Assembly: GCA_951406725.2 (NCBI GenBank)
Contig: OX597834.1
Location: 41,230,001-41,294,000, forward strand
Reading direction: 5' to 3'
Origin: Octopus vulgaris
Lineage: Eukaryota
DNA: 64,000 nt
The first letter of the stretch is position 1; each line of letters opens with the position of its first letter. This document shows, piece after piece, positions 10,400 to 22,483 of the stretch. The translations under genes and the position numbers were made by a program. The notes below the pieces were generated by a model, which was not told where the DNA came from, ran no database searches, and saw nothing but the letters and a program-made list of their open reading frames with translations.

Positions 10400-11380
10400 G
10401 GATGGTGGCGGTGGCGGTGGTGGCGGTGGTGGTGGTGGTATTGGTGGCGGTGGTGGTGGGGGTTGGTGGTGTAGTCTGTATTGGTGATGGGGGTGGTATT
10501 GGTGGTGGTGGTGGTGGTGGTGTGTGGTGGTGGTGGTGGTGGTGGTGGTGTAGTCTGTATTGGTGATGGGGGTGGTATTGGTGGTGGGGGTGGTGTTTTT
10601 GTTGGTGGTGCTGGTATTGTTGTGGTGGTGGTGTAGATGGTGGAGGGTGGTGCTGTCGTTGTTGTTGTTGTTGTTGGTGGTGGTGGTGTAGGTGGTATTG
10701 GGGTGGTGGTGGTGTAGTCTGTATTGGTGATGGGGGTGGTATTGGTGGTGGTGTTGGTGATGTTGGTGGTGGTGGAGGTGGTGGTGGTGGTGGTTGTGGT
10801 GGTGGTGGTGGTGGTGATGTGGGGGAGGGTGTTGGTGGTGTAGTCTGTATTGGTGATGGGGGTGGTATTGGTGGTGGGGGTGGTGTTTTTGTTGGTGGTG
10901 CTGGTATTGTTGTTGGTGGTGTAGATGGTGGGGGGTGGTGCTGTCGTTGTTGTTGTTGTTGGTGGTGGTGTAGGTGGTATTGGGGTGGTGGTGGTGTAGT
11001 CTGTATTGGTGATGGGGGGGTGGTGGTAATGGTGGTGGAGGTGGTGATTGTGTTGGTGGCGGTGGTGGTGGTGGTGTTGGTGTGTTTCTGACGATGCTGT
11101 TGTTGTTCCTGGTGTTGGCGTTGATGATGATGTTGCTGGTGGCGGTGGGGTGTTGGTGATGTTGCTATTGTTATTGTTGGTGGTGGTGGTGGTAGTACTG
11201 ATGTACTTGTGATGATGCTGGTGTTATTGCACTGGTGTTTGTGCTGTTGCTGTTAGTGGTGGTGTTGGTGTTGGTGATAGTACTTTGGGGGGTGGGGTTG
11301 TGTTGGTGGTGTTGGCGATAGTACTTTTGGGGGATTGCGATGGTGGTGTTGTTGTGTTGTTGGTTGTTGTTGTTGTAGTA
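10400..11380. repeat. (GGT)n-rich complex minisatellite with five copies of GGTGTAGTCTGTATTGGTGATGGGGG
   Basis: Motif copies at about 10468, 10547, 10711, 10837 and 10993. Confidence 0.9.
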
Positions 11381-11439
11381 GGTGGCCAGCAGTGATGGGT
11401 ACGTTCATGTTGATATCTTTGACGTTTGTAGGTGTGGCG

Positions 11440-11709
11440 CTATCGGTTGGGCCGGTTTCCTTGGCGTACAGGTTTTCCCACCTGGACGGGACGCCGGTCC
11501 CTCGCAGGGGAGCTGCAAGATGCAGGAGGAAAGAGTGAGAGAAAGTTGTGGGCGAAAGAGCCTGCAGAAATTCCACCATTACCTTCTGCCAGAGCCGCGT
11601 AGAGCTTAGGTGTTTTCGCTCATAAACACACACATTGTCCGGTCTGAGATTCGAACTCGCGATCCTTCGACCACGAGTCCGCTGCTCTAACCACTAGGCC
11701 ATGTGCCTC

Positions 11710-11711
<2 letters not shown>
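11440..11711 (-). mobile_element. SINE family C (tRNA-Arg-like head GGAGGCACATGGCCTAGTGGTTAGAGCAGCGGACTCG..GTTCGAATC)
   Basis: A and B boxes are present. Aligns with 16611-16910 and 51263-51500. Confidence 0.88.
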
Positions 11712-11776
<65 letters not shown>

Positions 11777-12416
11777 ACACACATACCCACATATATGATC
11801 ATCATCGTCAACAACGTTTTAACGTTTGCTTTTCCATGCTGGCATAGGTCAGTGGGGAATGTATAAATTCCGGCCGATCCATGACTTCTACGACCCAATG
11901 TCACCGACCCTCACTAGCTTCCAAGCAAGGGCAGTATTCCTTCATAATATTTCCACCACCTCTCATCTCGCCTAACATTTCAAAACTATAGACAGACACA
12001 CCCACCACGCAGTCTTGCAGCCATAAAGATGCACGTTTAAGTGCGTGTGTATATATGCACACATAAACTTATATGTATATGCACGCATGTATACATAAAC
12101 ATGCGCGTGTGCATGTGTGAGTGTATGGATGCGTGTGTGTATATGTAGAAGAATAATATATAGAAAGTCCTTGGTACAGTATTTTATATTTGAAAAACAA
12201 ATGAATAGAAATGGCTTTTTTATCATAAATTCTAGACTTTAATAAGTGGTGATTATAAGTGGTGAACGCCAAATAACTTATAAACATCTAATTATTAAAG
12301 TGGAAAAATTATCAGAAAAGTATGTGTGTATGTATGTATGTGTGTATGTATGTATGTATGTATGTATGTATGTATGTATGTATGTATATATGTATGTATG
12401 TATGTATGAATGTATG

Positions 12417-12455
<39 letters not shown>

Positions 12456-12534
12456 GTGTGTGTGTATATTATATACATGCATATGTGTGTGTTTGCATGT
12501 ATGGATATAATATATATGCATATGAAATATATTA

Positions 12535-12583
<49 letters not shown>

Positions 12584-13017
12584 TATACAAGTATGTACGT
12601 ATGTTGTATATATATAGGCAGTCCTACTCCATATTAAAATAAATTTGTTTGAAATTTTAAGGTGTTTCCAATATACATACATGTATACATATGCATACAT
12701 ACATACGTGTATACATACATACATGCATACATACATACATACATACATACGTGCATACATACATACATACATAGATACGTGCATACATACATACGTGCAT
12801 ACATACATACATACATACATACATACATACATACATACATACATACATACATACATACATAGATACGTGCATACACACACACACACACATATATAGCAAA
12901 TGACAGACAGAAGATGGAATACAGGAGAATTTATTATTAATCACGACGATTGCTTCGACACATCTAGCATGGATTCCTCATGGGTGGGGACACTCAACAA
13001 CTGGTTCAGGGGCATCC

Positions 13018-13059
<42 letters not shown>

Positions 13060-13283
13060 TTGTGTGTGTGTATGTGTGTGTGTGTGTGCATGCATATATG
13101 TATATATGCATATTATGTTTACATAAGTAAGCTTAAATGTTATATATATTTAAAAAGTATATATATATATATATACACAGGTATATATTTATACGTGTGT
13201 ATGTATGTATGTGTGTATGTATATATATATGTGTATGCTGTTTCTCCTTGTGCTTTTTTCTTTTTTTTGTGGGGCGGGGAGAG

Positions 13284-13323
<40 letters not shown>

Positions 13324-13419
13324 ATATATATATATGTATGTATATTTGTATATATTGGTATTTATATATACATATGTATATATAGATGTGTACAATATAT
13401 ATATATGCTTACATATCCC

Positions 13420-13487
<68 letters not shown>

Positions 13488-14152
13488 GATAGATAGATAG
13501 ATAGATAGATAGATATTCACGTATATATACGCATGTATGTATAAAAGTGTGTTCATGCATATGAATGCGTCCAAATCCATTTTCTATCTCTCGCCTTTTC
13601 TTTGTATCCTTGTGTGTGTCTGTGTGTGCTTTTAGGGTGTGTTATGTAACATGACTAAGATTCATCAATATCTGAGATGTCAACGTGCTCAGGTAGGTCA
13701 TACCCGATCGGAATTATGAATTCCTCGCCGGGTACTCTTACCTCCGCCTTCCATTCATCACTCCTTTTGTTTGCGCTCTCTCCTCTTCCTCCTCCTCCTC
13801 AATCCCACTGTGGCCACCACGCCTCTCTCCTGCTTTACCCCATCTCTCCTTCTTCGCACTCGGCTAATTTCTTTCGGTTTCACCCCCTCAGTTCTCATGC
13901 TATACACCTTTTCTTTACTTGCATACGCGCGCGCGCATCCCTACTCACGTACACACACACACACACACACGTATACACACCCGCGCGCGCACACACAACG
14001 CACACATGCACACACATACATGAAGCATATATGCATACATACACGTGTATATATGTGTGTGTACATATGTGTGTGTGTGTGTGTGTGTATTTCTTCATTT
14101 TTTTCGTATATTTGTTTTGAATGTATTTATATTGTACATATATGCTCATGTC

Positions 14153-14191
<39 letters not shown>

Positions 14192-14275
14192 TATAATATA
14201 TTATATACATATATATATAATATATATATAATATATATATGTATATATGTATATACATATATGTATATAATATAT

Positions 14276-14322
<47 letters not shown>

Positions 14323-14544
14323 TATATATTTCTGTATGCTAGTGTGTGTATGTGCACATATACCCACATTATGTACCTGTATCTAAATACACATGCACAT
14401 GCACACACACATAATATATATATATATGTATTTATATGTATGTATAGGTACATAAACATATATACATGTATGTTTGCGTATACTTGCGCATATATATATA
14501 CATACATACATACATAATATATATATATATGTATGTATGTATGT

Positions 14545-14586
<42 letters not shown>

Positions 14587-15678
14587 CGTGTATATACATA
14601 TATTAATCTGTTAATCAATACATCTTTCTATCTATCTATCTGTCTATCAAAGCACTTTGGAGGGTTTCGGAAATATTTTCCAAGCTCTAAAGAGGAATCC
14701 TTGTAAATAAGAAGAGAGTTTTCAAAGTGTTGCACGTGAGTTCGCCACAATCTTGTGTGGTCTGGAAATTGTCGTGTTTGAGGGCTGTAATGGAATATGA
14801 TTCGTGGTGTAGAGATAGCTGGAGCAACATTTCCTTAATTATATTTGTGTTGCCGAAAGCAACCAGGTTTCCATGTCCCCATGGAAGGATTTTTTAAGGC
14901 CTTTTCTGAAGAAGATGGGTGTATTATTTGCATAAGATTAAGCTGTGATTGTTATCTAGTCTTGGGTAAAGATCGATCTTGCAAACTTACGGTTAAAGGC
15001 ATTCTAACAGTGACCATCTTTTATATCACTTTTTCGTTTAGTACAGTAGAATGTGATTTGGAGAAATGTTAGCTGCTATTTCTAGAAGATCTAGCGGCAA
15101 TGTTGACGCTCCTTCATTTGGTTATGTTATATATGAGTACGTGTTATAGATGGAAGAAGTTTAGGAAAAACCCGGAGAAGGGAAAAGACACTGCAAGGCT
15201 GGAGAAAAGTGGGTCCTATATCGTAGGACTGGCAGAAAGAAGAGCAGATTGTAGGTCGGTCTAGGGCGCACATTGTTGGATTGAGAGATGAAGGGGTCAT
15301 ATTGAAGGCTGGACAAATACCGCTGGTGCCAGCTTTGGACTGTTGAACCTGTAGCTATGGGCAGTTAAGCTACAAGTTCTGCGCGTTAGTTTCGGTTGAA
15401 AACTTGGCTAACGTCAAGTGCAATGACAATGTTTTTGCAGATCTCAAGGCCGAGGGACGACCAGGGTATGACATCAGCGATTAAGTTTCCGGTAGATCTG
15501 GTTATATCATGTCCATGAGAAATATGCCAGTAACTCCAAAACACATTTCATTTACGGTCTGTCGAACCCTTTGTTCAAAAGGCGCCAGACGTTGATGATC
15601 ATCAAACCTTTTTGTATTCTTACAGTATTCAGTGGATCAATTAGCTTCCTCGATTGTGGTTACTATCAGGACTGTGAG

Positions 15679-15747
<69 letters not shown>

Positions 15748-15776
15748 TTTAAGAGAGGAACCTGGTTGACAGTTAC

Positions 15777-16232
15777 GGGGACTTTCCTTGGCACTCCGGA
15801 TCCCGGGTCGATATAGTACCGACTGAACTACCTTTTATAGTCACTTTTCCTTGGTACTTTTCCTTAGCCTTTTCCTTGGCACTTTTCCTTGGCCTTTTTC
15901 TTGGCACTCCGGATCCCGGGTCGATGTAGTACCGACTGAACTACCTTTTATAGTCACTTTTCCTTAGCCTTTTCCTTGGCACTTTTCCTTGGCATTTTCC
16001 TTGGCCTTTTCCTTGGCACTTTTCCTTGGCCTTTTTCTTGGCCCTCCGGATCCCGGGTCTATGTAGTACCGACTGAACTACCTTTTATAGTCACTTTTCC
16101 TTGGTACTTTTCTTTGGCCTTTTCCTTGGCATTTTCCTTGGCCTTTTCCTTAGCCTTTTCCTTAGCACTTTTCCTTGGCCCTCCGGATCCCGGGTCGATG
16201 TAGTACCGACTGAACTACCTTTTAAAGTCCCT
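15777..16232. repeat. Hierarchical minisatellite: four copies of a ~49-bp core separated by TTTTCCTT(G/A)GC(AC/C) sub-repeats
   Basis: Core CTCCGGATCCCGGGTCGATGTAGTACCGACTGAACTACCTTTTATAGTC starts at 15794, 15907, 16044 and 16181 (periods 113, 137, 137). Confidence 0.92.
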
Positions 16233-16279
16233 GGTGAATGAATGCTCACCCTTGTTTTTATTTTGCTTTCATGTTTTCA

Positions 16280-16600
16280 TCACTCCTGAGACGTTAAAAC
16301 TGAGAGCGTTGAACCGGTATCAGTGACCAGCAGTCATGGAATTGGACATCTTTAGGAATTGCGTGTTACCAAAGACAGGAATAGTTTTCCGCAATAAAAG
16401 AATGAAACAACAACTGGGCGAAGATTGGAAAAAAGTTTAAACACAACAGAAGGGATGCAGCTAGAATGGGCCGGTCATTTTGTTGGATTGAGACTTTCAG
16501 AGAGGTTTTGGCACTCAGCAATTATGAATATGTGCTGTGGCGGTCGGAGAGGCGATTTGCGCTGTCACCGAGAACGTCACACATTTGGGGGAGAGCATAT
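16280..16600 (+). pseudogene. Highly degenerate RTE-like LINE ORF2 C-terminal fragment
   Basis: GMQLEWAGHFVG resembles the RTE 'KWRWAGHVAR' motif. Confidence 0.45.
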
Positions 16601-16610
16601 CAAGTAAAGT

Positions 16611-16910
16611 GGAAGCACATGGCCTAGTAGTTAGAACAGCGGACTCGCGATCGAGGGATCGCGGGTTCGAATCTCAGACCGGGCGATGTGTGTGTTCATG
16701 AGCGAAACACCTAAGCTCCATGCGACTCCGGCAGCAGGTAATGGTGAACTTCTGCTGACTCTTTCGCCACAAGTTTCTCTCACTCTTTCCTCCTGCATCT
16801 TGCAGCTCACCTGCGACGGATCGGCGTCCCGTCCAGGTGGGGAACCTATATACCAAGGAAACCGGAAAACCGGCCCTTATGATCCAAGCGTGGCTCGAGA
16901 AGGAACAAAT
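16611..16910 (+). mobile_element. SINE family C, full length
   Basis: tRNA-like head (TGGCCTAGTAGTTAG, GGTTCGAATC), central CT-rich tract and tail CCTGCGACGGATCGGCGTCCCGTCCAGG. Confidence 0.9.
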
Positions 16911-17184
16911 AAAAATAGTAAGAAGGAAAAATGAAATAAAGTTCATTATTCTTAGATTTAATAAATTGTAATTAACAGTTTATTCCAACATTTGTACTTT
17001 TAAAAAATACTTGTAAGGGTACTGAATCCAGCTTGCTCGGGACACCAGCAGCACAATGGCCAGCCCTGAGTATGTGACTGGAGTAGGAGAGATCGGAATG
17101 AGTTTTGCTGAATATACAGATTGATTTGGAAGCTGTTACCTGGCCCCATGTCAACTCTGATTGCACATACCTACAGTCAAAGAC

Positions 17185-17351
17185 CAGGGCCGGCTCAAGG
17201 TACCGGCAACTCGGGCAGTCGCCCGGGGCGCCATGTGCTTTTTAGTCTACATTTTCAGTTTTTCTCTTTGTGAAAGTTTAAAAAAATTATATTTGTAAGG
17301 GTACCGAAGTTCAGGTTGCCCGGAGCACCAGCAACCCTAGGGCCGGCCCTG
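17185..17351. mobile_element. hAT MITE
   Basis: TIRs CAGGGCCGGC / GCCGGCCCTG. Perfect 8-bp TSD TCAAAGAC (17177-17184, 17352-17359). A degenerate 3' half of the same family lies at about 16990-17068. Confidence 0.92.
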
Positions 17352-17903
17352 TCAAAGACATTGCCGACAGTGACCCTACTTTTATTATATTTAAGTTTTC
17401 AAGCACACTGTATTGTACATAGGACTACATTAGCTAATATGACCACTTTGTTAAGATGGGTAATAGTAATTTGAGAAGAAATTTAGCTAGGATTTCTAGC
17501 AGGTCAAGCAACTATACTGAACTCCCCGCAGTGGGTCGTTACAATTAGAGGTGGTAGCCAAAATAGCTGCAAATACGGGAGAAATTTATTGAGCCGGGTT
17601 GCTTACTTACAAACTAAATATAGCTATTTCTTAATATCTGTGTGCAGCTCTACCTGGTAAATTAGGTTACACTGTAGATTGTACCTGTCTGGTAGGTTTG
17701 ACACCTATGTTTAAGAGAAGGTGTGGTTCACAGATGTTAAGAGAACGTGTCAGTCATCGATTTGAGAGAGAAAATTGTGTTACTGAAAGTATACAATCTC
17801 TCTCCTCTCTCTCTCCCCCTCTCTCTCTCTCTCACACACACACTCGAACTCACCCTTACCCACCCAAACACACACACATTTTTACATACACATATATACA
17901 TAC

Positions 17904-17943
<40 letters not shown>

Positions 17944-18125
17944 CCACCTATGTCCCACTGACCAAATAAGGATATATGTGTGTATGTGTATGCATGACAC
18001 AGCACGCATCACTCACACACATGTACACATACACACACACACGCACACACACAACCACACACATATATCCACGTATATAGGTCCCACTGACCAAATACGC
18101 ACCTACGTGTACGTGTGTGTGTGTG

Positions 18126-18156
<31 letters not shown>

Positions 18157-18205
18157 GCATATATATATATATATATGCATATACATATATATAGTATATA
18201 GTATA

Positions 18206-18440
18206 CAGGGTTGCCCAAAAGTAGGTTTATAGTTACCACGTAGGCATTTTAAATTTCTTTTAAAACATTTTATTACATTTAAATTTCTATTTGACAAACT
18301 GAAAAAGAGAGCTTCACAAAATTAATTAAATTAGCAAAGATTAATGGTTTCATATTTTTTTAATAATTAAGATATAAACTTAACATATGAATGCGAAAGA
18401 GATAGTTTAATAGCAGTAAATCTACTTTTGGGCCACCCTG
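18206..18440. mobile_element. Tc1/mariner-type MITE
   Basis: TIRs CAGGGTTGCCCAAAAGTAG / CTACTTTTGGGCCACCCTG, with TA on both sides. Confidence 0.9.
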
Positions 18441-18560
18441 TATATATATACATATATATGCACGCATACACCCGCCCCACCTACACTCACCCATATGCAC
18501 ACACACACGTACATATATACATACATTGATCAAGTAAACGTATGTAGATCTATCTATCTG

Positions 18561-18591
<31 letters not shown>

Positions 18592-18600
18592 CTCTATCTC

Positions 18601-18637
<37 letters not shown>

Positions 18638-18641
18638 ACAA

Positions 18642-18681
<40 letters not shown>

Positions 18682-18703
18682 ATATATGTATATATATACA
18701 TAC

Positions 18704-18739
<36 letters not shown>

Positions 18740-18944
18740 GCACTTACACATATATATATATGCACTTACATACATCGTACATATATGTACATGCATACAT
18801 ATGTGCTTATATATGTCTTGGCAGACAGAGATCTATACATATGCATATACAAACGTGTATATATAATTAGAACTTATATACTCTACATAAATAATTGAGT
18901 ACTCGTTTTCTCCCGTTTGCAATTATACATACGTACACAGAAGC

Positions 18945-19060
18945 ATCCACCGCAAAGTCCGGTCCTTGCAGCGTTCTGGTTGCCTGAGTGTTTCATTGAC
19001 CCTGAGAGCTATGCGAGGGAACCGCAAGCTCTTTGAGGGGCCTCTCGTGGTGAACTTGTG
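18945..19060 (+). mobile_element. Repeat resembling an RTE-clade LINE 5' region (GACCCTGAGAGCTATGC motif); second copy at about 52530-52725 (-)
   Basis: The two copies share ATCCACC(G/A)CAAAGTC..GACCCTGAGAGCTATGC..GCAAGCTCTT. The family assignment is from memory. Confidence 0.55.
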
Positions 19061-19560
19061 AAAGGAGAGATGCAAGTCTAATATGGACCACTTCTTCACG
19101 GAATTAAAAAAAGGGGGTTGCAACACTACCTAGAAAAATAGAAGCAAAATTACAGATGCATCGATTGACCATTCAAAACTAACGAGATCTGGGAGAGGAC
19201 TGTGCAGGGTCGGGAATAACGGAAAAAATGTCGATGGCCTTATTCTGTATAGGGAGCGATGGGCTTGAGTAAGTGGCACACCCACACAATTACAGTCTCT
19301 CTCTCTCACGCACACACATACGCGCGCGGAGTTCGTAAAGACAGCCGAGATCGACGATTCTTGGTCCCGGCTGGGCCCTGTTTCCTGTGTAACTGTTGAC
19401 AGATTTTCTTTTGGGTCAAAACTAAACTTACGACGCAACCCCAGCCATTTTAGATAACACAGAAACAAATCTAACGAAAATAGCATTATAATTCCCGACG
19501 TCCAGTTGTATCAATAAAGTCGGTTTATATACATTCCTCTCTCTTTCTCTATCTTTCTGT

Positions 19561-19616
<56 letters not shown>

Positions 19617-19830
19617 ATATAGATATATATATATATGTGTGTGTGTGTGTGCGCATTACTGTTCGGTTTTATGTTCAGCTGTAATAAAAACAGTTTTACA
19701 TTAATCTGATGGGCTTCTCTACACTTTTGTAGAGTATAAATTCTTAAACAAGAATGTATGTATGTATGTATGTATGTATGTATGTATGTATGTATGTATG
19801 TATGTATGTATGTATGTATGTATGCATGTA

Positions 19831-19865
<35 letters not shown>

Positions 19866-19868
19866 ATG

Positions 19869-19900
<32 letters not shown>

Positions 19901-20112
19901 TGTATGTATGTATGTATGTATGCATGTATGTATGTATGTATGCATGCGTGTATGTATGTATGTATGTATGTATGTTTGTATGTATGTATGTATGTTTGTA
20001 TGTATGTATGTATGTATGTATGTATGTATGTTTGTATGTATGTATGCATGTATGTATATATATATGTCTGTATGCATGTGCGTGCGTATATGTATGTATG
20101 TATGTATGTATA

Positions 20113-20143
<31 letters not shown>

Positions 20144-20154
20144 TTATATATATG

Positions 20155-20245
20155 TATATACTTTATTTAAAAGCAGCAGAAATATAGCAAAAGCTATTAC
20201 TCAGAGTTTCCCGTTCCCGTTCGTCGGACAAAACTGTCCGACGAA
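20155..20245 (-). ncRNA. Hammerhead-like motif, family H2 (core variant CCGACGA), in a Penelope-like terminal repeat
   Basis: Minus strand reads UUGU-CCGACGA-ACGGGAACGG-GAAA-CUCUGA-GUA-AUAG. The downstream tail is homologous to 38824-38880. Confidence 0.6.
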
Positions 20246-21004
20246 AAAGCAAGTACCTGTTGAGCACTGGGGTCGATGTAATTGACGAACTCACTCCCCA
20301 CCAAAATTCCAGGCCTTGTGTCTGTAACAGAAACGACTATTATTACCTCAACTACAAGAATCGTTAGCACATCGGACTATGTGCTTAGCGGCATTTCCTC
20401 CGACTCGTTACGTTCTGAGTTCAAATTCCGCCAATAAAATACGTACCAGGCCTTGTGTCTATTGTAGAAAGAACCATTAAACCTCAAGGCCTTCGGGTTT
20501 AATCTCGGGGTTACATTTGTTTATTTGCAGGACTGACAACCTTTATGTCGTCTTATGGGGCAGTGAGGGCGAGTTGGGTTCTCTTCGTCTGATTTACAAG
20601 ACGAAGTTTTACATTTCTCCCCCAACCACCGAGGGTTTGCCACACCCTGTTCACCCTTTATAGCGATAACGATATTTTTTAAATTTTTTATAATCATGAA
20701 TTTTTACTGAATAAAGACAGCACACAGACAACGCCCCCACTACATTTTCGTTGGAAACTTCGATAAAACCGGTTTCGTCCAGCTTTAGATTTGTGTTTCA
20801 CAGATTTATCTTCTTTTAATGAACTGAATAAATAAATGAAACAAAATTCGGGCTACATTAATTTCTAAGGCTTATTTTTCACACTTAGATTTTATCTTCT
20901 CCGATCGTAGATATTTTAAGCAAAATGACACGTAGATGAGAGGCATGTCATGTACGTGTTAATAATGCTTGAAAATGTGCCAATACGTTAATAATATATA
21001 TATA

Positions 21005-21413
21005 CGCAGGAGTGGCTGTGTGGTAAGTAGCTTGTTTACCAACCACATGGTTCCGGGTTCAGTCCCACTGCGTGGCACCTTGGGCAAGTGTCTTCTACTA
21101 TAGCCTCGGGCCGACCAATGTCTTGTGAGTGGATTTGGAAGACGGAAACTGAAAGAATCCCGTCGTATATATGTATATATATATATATACATGCGTGTGT
21201 GTGTTTGTGTGTCTGTGTTTGTCCCCATAGCATTGCTTGACAACCGATGCTGGTGTGCTTATGTCCCCGTTACTTAGCGGTTCGGCAAAAGAGACCGATA
21301 GAATAAGTACTGGGCTTACAAAAGAATATGTCCCGGGGTCGAGTTGCTCGATTAAAGGCGGTGCTCCAGCATGGCCGCAGTCAAATGACTGAAACAAGTA
21401 AAAGAGAAAAGAG
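21005..21413 (+). mobile_element. SINE family A, full length
   Basis: Head, internal (TA)(TG) microsatellite and tail ending GACTGAAACAAGTAAAAGAGAAAAGAG. Confidence 0.92.
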
Positions 21414-22007
21414 TACAATGTCTCACAAATGTTATCTTGACAACCAGTTATAAACGTATTGACAAGGTTTCTTTAATATGTCAAAAATGCTTTAATGAAA
21501 AGAAAAGAAGAAAACAGCAGAAAGCTTTTTGGTTACGGCTCTTTTACGTTCTGAATTTAATAGCTGCCGGGGGTCAGCTTTGAACTCGGCTTTTCATTCT
21601 GCTGTAGTCGATGAAATAAAGTACTAATCAAACATACAGGATAAACGATCCTTCTCGAATCATAAATAGATTCATAGGGCCGGTTTCCTGGTTTCCGTGG
21701 CGTATGTACTCGGCTATGGGCGGGACACTGGTCCGTCGCAGACTTACTCACTTTTGCAAGCTGGGTGGATTGGAACAGCGTGGAATGAAGGGTTTTGCTC
21801 AAAAAAACACAACGTGTTATCCGGTCCCGGAATCGAAACTACAGCCTTACAATCATGAGTCCAACACCCTAACCACTAAGCCACGCACCTCCGCAGTCAA
21901 GCACTGAGATCGATTAAATATTCCTGTAATTCATCCTAGATTTGAATGGAATTCTAAAAGAGAAGATAAGAAATGTATTTCTATCGAATTATTAAGAAAT
22001 ATGATCC

Positions 22008-22086
<79 letters not shown>

Positions 22087-22252
22087 TGTCTAGTCCTAGG
22101 TAAGGTCTGATTGATCAGACCTATAATAAAATATTTTGCAACTGTGACCATCACGCCTTTTTGTTTTGATGAAGGCTACAATTTTTGGCAGGTTGTACGG
22201 CGACCACATAAAGTCTGTTAACTCCACAGTCCATGAAGTCGTTTTTTAGAAT

Positions 22253-22483
22253 TTAGCCATAGGTAATCCTTCTACTAAAATGCAGGGTGCACTGGGAAAA
22301 ATTTCTTGAGAGAACCAATGTCTCAGTCTTTGCAACACTAATCCTCATCCATGCCTTGCAGTACTCGACAGTGAGCCAAATCAGTGCATGTCGGAGATTA
22401 CCTGATTTGCTAAGTAGCATTCTGTCATCTGCAAATATCAGCCGACCGATCTTACGCCCAACACTTTCACAACGGCTGACCAA
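22253..22483 (-). pseudogene. LINE reverse-transcriptase fragment (RTE-like) with catalytic FADD
   Basis: KIGRLIFADDRMLLSKS..MRISVAKTETLVLSR. Confidence 0.8.

Noticed and set aside
14650-15680. Possible Penelope or LINE coding relics (e.g. KIFPKPSKV on the - strand); similar relics at about 50360-51080 and 55100-55690
   Set aside because: Too degenerate to assign by eye; a translated HMM search would be needed.
15794-16232. CRISPR-like repeat/spacer appearance
   Set aside because: The context is eukaryotic, the spacers are built from one sub-repeat rather than unique sequence, and there are no cas genes.
16611-16685. tRNA-Arg gene
   Set aside because: The tRNA-like segment continues into a multi-copy SINE body and the acceptor stem is not intact.
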